From Octopus vulgaris (lineage: Eukaryota): a stretch of DNA of 64,000 nucleotides. Below the pieces are notes generated by a model. The model was given only the letters and a program-made list of their open reading frames with translations, had not been told where the DNA came from and searched no databases. Positions 56,618 to 64,000 of the stretch are shown piece by piece (positions within the stretch are counted from its first letter, which is position 1; every line of letters begins with the position of its first letter). A program made the translations under genes and the position numbers. Location of the stretch: NCBI GenBank assembly GCA_951406725.2, contig OX597820.1, forward strand, positions 113,584,001-113,648,000. The letters run 5' to 3'.

Positions 56618-56850
56618 AAGGCGGCGAGCTGGCAGAATCGTTAGCATGCCGGGCGAAATGCGTAGCCGTATTTCGTCTGTTGTTACGTTCTGAGTTCAAA
56701 TTCCGCCGAGGTCGACTTTGCCTTTCATCCTTTCGGGGTCGATAAATAAAGTACCAGTTTCGCACTGGGGCCGATGTAATCGACTTAATCCTTTTGTCTG
56801 TCCTTGTTTGTCTCTTCTGTGTTTAGCTTCTTGTGGGTAGTAAAGAAATA
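56618..56850 (+). mobile_element. Family B SINE, full length
   Basis: Homologous to 15350-15580. Confidence 0.85.
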
Positions 56851-57822
56851 TATATTACACACACACAAACACATACACATATGTGCACAACTCCCAACGG
56901 CACCAGTAGAGAATGACGTCCAAGAGTGTGCTCAATTACTGATAGAGTGAAAATTCATTTTGGACGAATGTACGAGGATGGAGATGCTTTTGGTGTCATT
57001 TTTGACCAAATTATAGCAGCATTGGTCAGGAAAAAATATCATAACAAGAACGGGGCTCATGCTAGAAAAGCTATTAAACCTACTATAGACTATATATCAG
57101 CAATTAGAAAGTGGTTGTGCTCGAAATAAAGTTGAGGACCACCATGTGTGTGTGTGTGTGTGTGTGTATTATATATATGTATATGCATAAGTGACTTAGG
57201 AAGGACATATTATCCAAGCGGATACCGTATTGGCTCTCAGCTCAGTTCCAGTTAACGGCTAACCACAACGATCAGTATTTAACGTCTGTGACTACATTTA
57301 GTTGTTAATCACCCCGTGGATTCTTCCGATGGGTAATTCGGTTTCCTTTTTGCTGGAAGGTAAAAAATTGTCTGGGTGTATGTTAACATTAAAAATAATA
57401 AAGAGTATGGGGACTTGTACAGCCACAAAATTTATTTCATAGCTATTTTATGTATATAAAATTTATTTTATATACAGTATATATAATGATCTACACGTAT
57501 TTACGCTACAGTTGGAAAACGTGGTCATTATAATATGCAGTATATAATTCTAAAATAAATTTTGTGGGTAATAAGAATTATAGAAATTATTATTACCAGT
57601 GGCCTAGCACAAAAAAAATAGTCAATAGACTATATATTATTCACATAAAAATATCGTGTACATTAGAACACATTAAGAGGCTTCCAAATAGGAAAGCCTT
57701 GTGCTAGAAAGAGCAATAGAAAACTCAAACCACTAATTATGGATAAATTCTCGAAAGGATTGAAAATTAAAAACGTTTTCCATCTGATTTAGTTCCTAGA
57801 CCATGGTTTCTAACTCATTCCA

Positions 57823-57873
<51 letters not shown>

Positions 57874-57875
57874 GG

Positions 57876-58603
57876 GTAAATGAGATATAGACAGTAACTT
57901 CCATAACATAGTGGACTAAAGCCATCTGAATATAGCTAGGGACAGGCAGGGTGGTGGGGGTGTTACTGTTGCATTTAGCCCCAGGCGAACATCAACGTCG
58001 CCAGATAGGCTTGACACCATCACGGCGTCCTTTATCCTGCAAAGGGAGATAATTCCCCGATGAAGCGGAAACCACACACGGACCTAGGTTTCAAGGTGTA
58101 TTGCCTATCATCAACGGACGCCGTGATGGTGTCAAGCCTATCTGGCGACGTTGATGTTCGCCTGGGGATAAATGCAACAGTAACACCCCCACCACCCTGC
58201 CCTGTCCCTAGCCATATTCAGATGGCTTTAGTCCCTTATGTTATGGAGCAGTTACTGTCTATATCTCATTTAGAGAATTATTATTGCTGTCGAACAGATT
58301 TTCGAAATCAGCAAATGTATTTTGCTTGAAAATCTATATATAAATATCCTGCAGAGTGAGATTTCGTCGAGGAAGCGGGGGCCTACCACACGTTGATGAT
58401 AGGCAATACACCTTGAAACCTAGGTCCGTGTGTGGTTTCCGCTTCATCGGGGAATTATCTCCCTTTGCAGGATAAAGGACGCCGTGTGGTGTCAAGCCTA
58501 TCTGGCGACGTTGATGTTCGCCTGGGGCTAAATGCAACAGTAACACCCCCACCACCCTGCCCTGTCCCTAGCCATATTCAGATGGCTTTAGTCCCTTATG
58601 TTA
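57876..58603. mobile_element. PLE pseudo-LTR-like array (one inverted plus two direct copies) flanked by (TA)n
   Basis: 57876-58030(-) is mirrored at 58116-58272(+) and repeated at 58477-58603(+). 58031-58116(-) mirrors 58391-58476(+). Confidence 0.85.
58387..58432 (+). ncRNA. Minimal type I hammerhead ribozyme (U3 variant)
   Basis: CACACG-TTGATGA-T-AGG(caataca)CCT-T-GAAA-CCTAGG-TC-CGTGTG: 6-bp stem I, palindromic stem III, GUC site. Confidence 0.75.
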
Positions 58604-58890
58604 TATATATATATATATTATCATTAATTAAAATCTTAGGGTAGCAAGAATTAAAATCTTAGGTAGCAAGAATATTCATCGAAAATTCTTAGTTACCAGT
58701 GGTCTAGCGAGAAAGAAAAAATTGGTCAATAGACTATATATTATTCAAAGAAGAATATAGTGTACGTTCACACACAAAAGAGATACCCGAAGAGTAGGAT
58801 ATCTGACTCGCTAGAAAAGCAGTTAAAACTCCAAGCCACCAATTGTTGTAATTCCGAAAGTGATTGAAAAATAAAAACTTTTATCTTAAT

Positions 58891-58977
58891 CCTAGACCCT
58901 GCAAGGTTTCTGCAGCCTTAAATACAGACAGAAATAAGATAATTCCAGTCTATATCTGGCGCTGCTTCTTCAGTAGG
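58891..58977 (-). ncRNA. Type I hammerhead ribozyme with long stem II insertion
   Basis: Minus strand CCTA-CTGAAGA-A-GCAGC...GCTGC-A-GAAA-CCTTGCAGGG-TC-TAGG. A related truncated copy lies at 57795-57810. Confidence 0.7.
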
Positions 58978-59439
58978 TTGCCAAGACTGAATCCATAGAC
59001 ATGGAGCTATAAGTAATCAGCCACGTGTCTATAGGTTCTAATTTTTCGAATTTACCGCGCAGATGCGAAACTCAAACAGCACTAAATAAATAAATTGTCG
59101 ATTTTCTTCCAGAATTAACCAAAAAACATTTTATCATTAATTAAAATCTTAGGGTAGCAAGAATATTCATCGAAAAATTCTTCTCGCTAGACCACTAGTA
59201 ACTAAGTTCATAGGACAACTGAATGATCATCGGTGACAACACGCGCGCGCGCGCGTGTGTGTGTGTGTGCGCACACGTGTTTGTGTGTGTTTTTGTTTAT
59301 GTGAGACGTAAATAGAGTTACATCTGAGTATAGAGAACAGACTGACAAACAGACTGATATACGGATAGAGCGACACAAGGGACAGACAGATAAACATAGA
59401 GAGAGAGAAAGAGAGACAGACAGATAGATAGATAGATAA

Positions 59440-59830
59440 GTTTCTTTATTGGCCACACAGGGCTGCACACAGATGGGACAAGTTACAAGGTAGAGCTTTT
59501 CTTTTGGGGGATGAAACAAAACATAAAACAAAAGAAACAAAAAAAAAGGTGGCGTAGGTTTTCGATCAAAAGGGATCGTAAAAGGGAAAAAAGAACAAAA
59601 AAAGGAAAACAAAAAAAAGAAAAAAGGGAAAAGGAACAAAAGAAAAGAAAAATGAAATAAAGAAGAAAAAAGAGGAAAAAAAGGGGAAGAGGGGAAAATA
59701 ACGATCAATAGGGATCGTGTATCGCAGTGTCATGATGTATGGTGTAAAGGGGAAAGCAAGTAAGGTTTATCCGTGGGAAGAAAAGCCTACGAAAAAGACC
59801 ACGGTAACCTTGGTCAATATTGTTATATGT
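59440..59830 (-). mobile_element. Tx1/L1-type LINE 3' UTR fragment
   Basis: Shares tagagcttttc and aaaagaccacgg motifs with 10622-10795, which adjoins Tx1-type coding sequence. Confidence 0.65.
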
Positions 59831-59910
59831 TACCACATTTGTTTGCAATTGGGTAACCCTCTGTTTTCAATTTCTGGGTTCATAGGATTATGCTCGATAG
59901 ACAGATAGAC

Positions 59911-60003
<93 letters not shown>

Positions 60004-60817
60004 TATAGATATATAGATAGATAGATAGGTAGGTAGATAGGTAGGTAGGTAGGTAGGTAGGTAGGTAGATCCGTAGGTAAGTAGGTAGGTATGTAGGTCC
60101 GTAGGTAGGTAGGTAGGTAGGCAGGCAGGTAGGTAGGTAGGCAGTTAAACAGATAGATAAGATGTACAAAGAAAAAAACAAGCGGAATCTGTATATATAC
60201 ATTTAAGAAATGCACTTTTTGCGTACACAATATCGCATATATCGTATATATGTGTGGTGTGTATGCGTGTGTGTATATATATATATATATATCATCAATG
60301 AATATGAGTGGAGAGAATTGGTCTATTCTATTACATAGGTTTCTGTAGAATGTTTATTTATTTGTTTAGTAATATATTATACACACACATGCAGCTACAT
60401 ACACACGATAACATATCTATAAAAATTGTACAGACACACGCAATTATACACACACATATGCATACACTTACATATATAAATTCAGCTGTACAAGCATGCC
60501 TACACACATACGAACATACAAACATGCATACACACCTCTATACATGCATACATACATATTTGTGTTTAAGCTTATATGTGTGTCCAAGTAGATCTGGTCC
60601 ATTACCAGAATTAACGTAACCACCCGGCCGTTGATTTGCGTTTAAAGAGTCAGTTTCCGCTCAATTCATCGTGGTGTCTCTTTAAGTATTACTGGAATAG
60701 CACCTCTTCCTTAGTAAGCCATAAAATTAAAACATTTTAAAATGTATACGCAATCCATACCATAAGAGGTTTATTGAAGTGACTATTGCCCGAAATGTGA
60801 AACCTCTGCAGAATATA

Positions 60818-60867
<50 letters not shown>

Positions 60868-61551
60868 TAATGCATGTGCCTAGTGTACCCTTATCAGACG
60901 GGTAGTCATGAAGGGTATACTGGGCTTCGTATATTTTACCCCGGTGTCACTTTGATGGTATGTACTGCTCTCTTACTCAATAATAATAATAATTATAATA
61001 GTAATAATAATAATAATTATAATAATAATTATAATAATCCTTTCTAATATAGGCACAAGGCCTAAAATTTGGGGGCGGGGTATAATCGATTACATTGACC
61101 CCAGTGCTTCATTGGTACTTAATTTCTCGACCCCGTATGAACTCAGAACGTAGCGACGGGCGAAATACCTATTTCTTTATAACCCACAAGGGGCTAAACA
61201 CAGAGGGGACAAACAAGGACAGACATAGGTATTAAGTCGATTACATCGACCCCAGTGCGTAACTGGTACTTACACTATGCATTTCGTCCAGCATGCAAAC
61301 GATTCTACCAGCTCGCCGCCTAATAATAATAATAGATGCTAATAATAATAAATGATGAAGATGATCGTTTGTTACACATAAAATGACGTAGATAAAGTTG
61401 GTTATATTGTTTCTAATACTGCGCTACTATGGAAGGAGGACAAAAGATAAAAGTTAACTTTGGTGGGATGTGAATTTAGTATGAAAGGGACGTCCATCAA
61501 TCAGATGTCCTATTATGCGTCCAGCATTCTTATCATATATATACATATATG

Positions 61552-61617
<66 letters not shown>

Positions 61618-61689
61618 TTATTAATTCGTTTTGCAAGATATTTGGCAAAAGTCAGTCTGGCAAAAAGAAAAAAATGACCATCCAGAAAT

Positions 61690-61733
<44 letters not shown>

Positions 61734-61846
61734 ATGTGTATATGTTTATACAGGTGTGTAAAATTATGTTTAGTACGTTTGAGTGTAGTGAAATGTGGAA
61801 ATATGAACAATGTGTGAAAGACACAAAAATGGATTATGAATGACAT

Positions 61847-61897
61847 CATAGCACCGTAAGGCGCGTGTTTCTGCGTCATTACGCTTCGTCAGCTATG
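61847..61897 (-). ncRNA. Degenerate hammerhead-like motif (GUG at the cleavage triplet)
   Basis: CATAG-CTGACGA-A-GCGT(aatg)ACGC-A-GAAAC...GTG-CTATG. Confidence 0.45.
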
Positions 61898-62162
61898 GAC
61901 CTGTGACTGATGAACGTGCTAAACATCAGTGTACTCACCCATATTTTATTCATCACTGTTTAGTATGCCTCTAGTTAATTAGTCATGTGTGTGTGAGAGA
62001 GGGGGAGAGAGAAATGTGTATACTTACACGTATACTTATTTACATTCATACATGCATATATATATATATATATATATAGTTAATCCAAACATGAAAGCAC
62101 AAAAAAACACAACAACGCGAGGACGTGGAACAAATATAGTAATTATAGTATTATTATAGTAT

Positions 62163-62207
<45 letters not shown>

Positions 62208-62322
62208 GTATGTATATATATATATATATATATATATGAGCTTGGTTTCAGTTCATATTCGTTTATTTACCACATTCTACTTCCTTATAAATTGACGTTG
62301 AGTACTTTTATAAAATGAATGA

Positions 62323-62399
<77 letters not shown>

Positions 62400-62563
62400 C
62401 GTGCGTGTAAATTCGCGCCATCGCTACAGAGTGTCAGAATCATATACATTTCCTTTAAAGAATCGCATGAACATTCTTCGCTTCTGTAACGACTAAAGCT
62501 CGGAGTATCCATGTATGAATGGACGGCTTTCCCTATTCTCCACCATAGACATATCAGTGCAAG

Positions 62564-62630
<67 letters not shown>

Positions 62631-62717
62631 AACAAAAAGATAGAGCGATACATACATGTGTGAGTGCGTGTCTGTGTGCACTCACGTATACGTAGACTTT
62701 TTTCATATGTATATATG

Positions 62718-62755
<38 letters not shown>

Positions 62756-62805
62756 TACTCACACACAAACACACACGCACGCATACCTATAAATATGTAT
62801 GTATA

Positions 62806-62850
<45 letters not shown>

Positions 62851-62876
62851 ACGTATGTATTGTATATTATATATAA

Positions 62877-62917
<41 letters not shown>

Positions 62918-62987
62918 CACGTATATATATTATATATATATATATATGTATATATTTACATACACATATATATATGTATGTATATGA

Positions 62988-63019
<32 letters not shown>

Positions 63020-63060
63020 ATTTATATATATATATATATGTATATATTTATATATATATG

Positions 63061-63092
<32 letters not shown>

Positions 63093-63096
63093 TATG

Positions 63097-63146
<50 letters not shown>

Positions 63147-63836
63147 GGTATGTATGTATATAAATATGCATAGGCGCAAACACACTGACAGACAGTAATC
63201 TGTTGTGAATTGTTGAAGGGTGTGTGTTTATAGGGTAGCAGATGATGCAGGTACGACATAAATAGTTTTCTAGGTAGAAGGTCGTCCTGTACCCTTGAAA
63301 TGCACACGTTATAGCATGCATACCTTGCCTGACAAGGTAATGTTGACTAGGGTAACCATTCCAATGCTTTAACACATCTTCCACCATACCACCGTCGCAT
63401 ACACATCAACTATATGTATATATACATGTACACACCCTTAACATCTAAAGCCGAGCCCCGATGCACAAGCATCTAACTTTAGCGTGTACAGTTTCTCCTG
63501 TTCCGTCTCAGTTTACTTTCTGGGTAAAAATACACAGGCACTTAAACCTATGAATTCATATATACACAAGTGTGGGTGCGGTGGGGTGCGTGGGGGTGTG
63601 TGTATCATCGTGTTCGCTTTGTTTGTCTTTTGTAAGTATTCTCTGCATCTGGCTTCGTATGTCATTGGTGCTTAATAATGGTTCTAAGCCTATATACATT
63701 AACCAGTTGAACTGTCTACCTGATTTTACTACTGTTTATATACATACTTATACACGTATATACAACTTATATATATATATATATATATATACTTATATAT
63801 ATATATATACAACTTCTATATATATATATATACAAC

Positions 63837-63982
<146 letters not shown>

Positions 63983-64000
63983 GTGCAAACAAAAAAAATT

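Noticed and set aside
63238-63308. CAGATGA...stem...GAAATGCA hammerhead-like pattern
   Set aside because: Core mutated; no NUH triplet or stem I could be assigned.

Overview
AT-rich, microsatellite-saturated eukaryotic DNA. The SINE families and repeat landscape suggest an octopus (coleoid cephalopod) genome; this is an inference from recognition, not a database result. No intact multi-exon gene can be assembled. The window is mostly decayed mobile DNA: an IR/DR-type Tc1 element, mariner, pogo/Tigger and hAT remnants, non-autonomous Helitrons, R4/Dong-like (RT+RLE), RTE, CR1-like and Tx1/L1 LINEs, many tRNA-derived SINEs, and Penelope-like element (PLE) remnants. There is one plausible host exon (41607-41765, +) and a few weak exon candidates. 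The most notable signal is a set of at least 6 sequence-unrelated minimal type I hammerhead ribozyme (HHR) motifs, plus degenerate ones. Several sit inside (TA)n-flanked fold-back elements whose symmetry centre lies just 5' of the ribozyme core. Most replace the canonical 10.1-11.1 base pair with a U.U or A.A/A.G mismatch and have a palindromic stem III. One lies downstream of a GIY-YIG endonuclease remnant, linking the set to Penelope-like retroelements. A SINE family also shares its 3' tail with a Tx1/L1-type LINE. Most ORFs in the supplied track are microsatellite artefacts.
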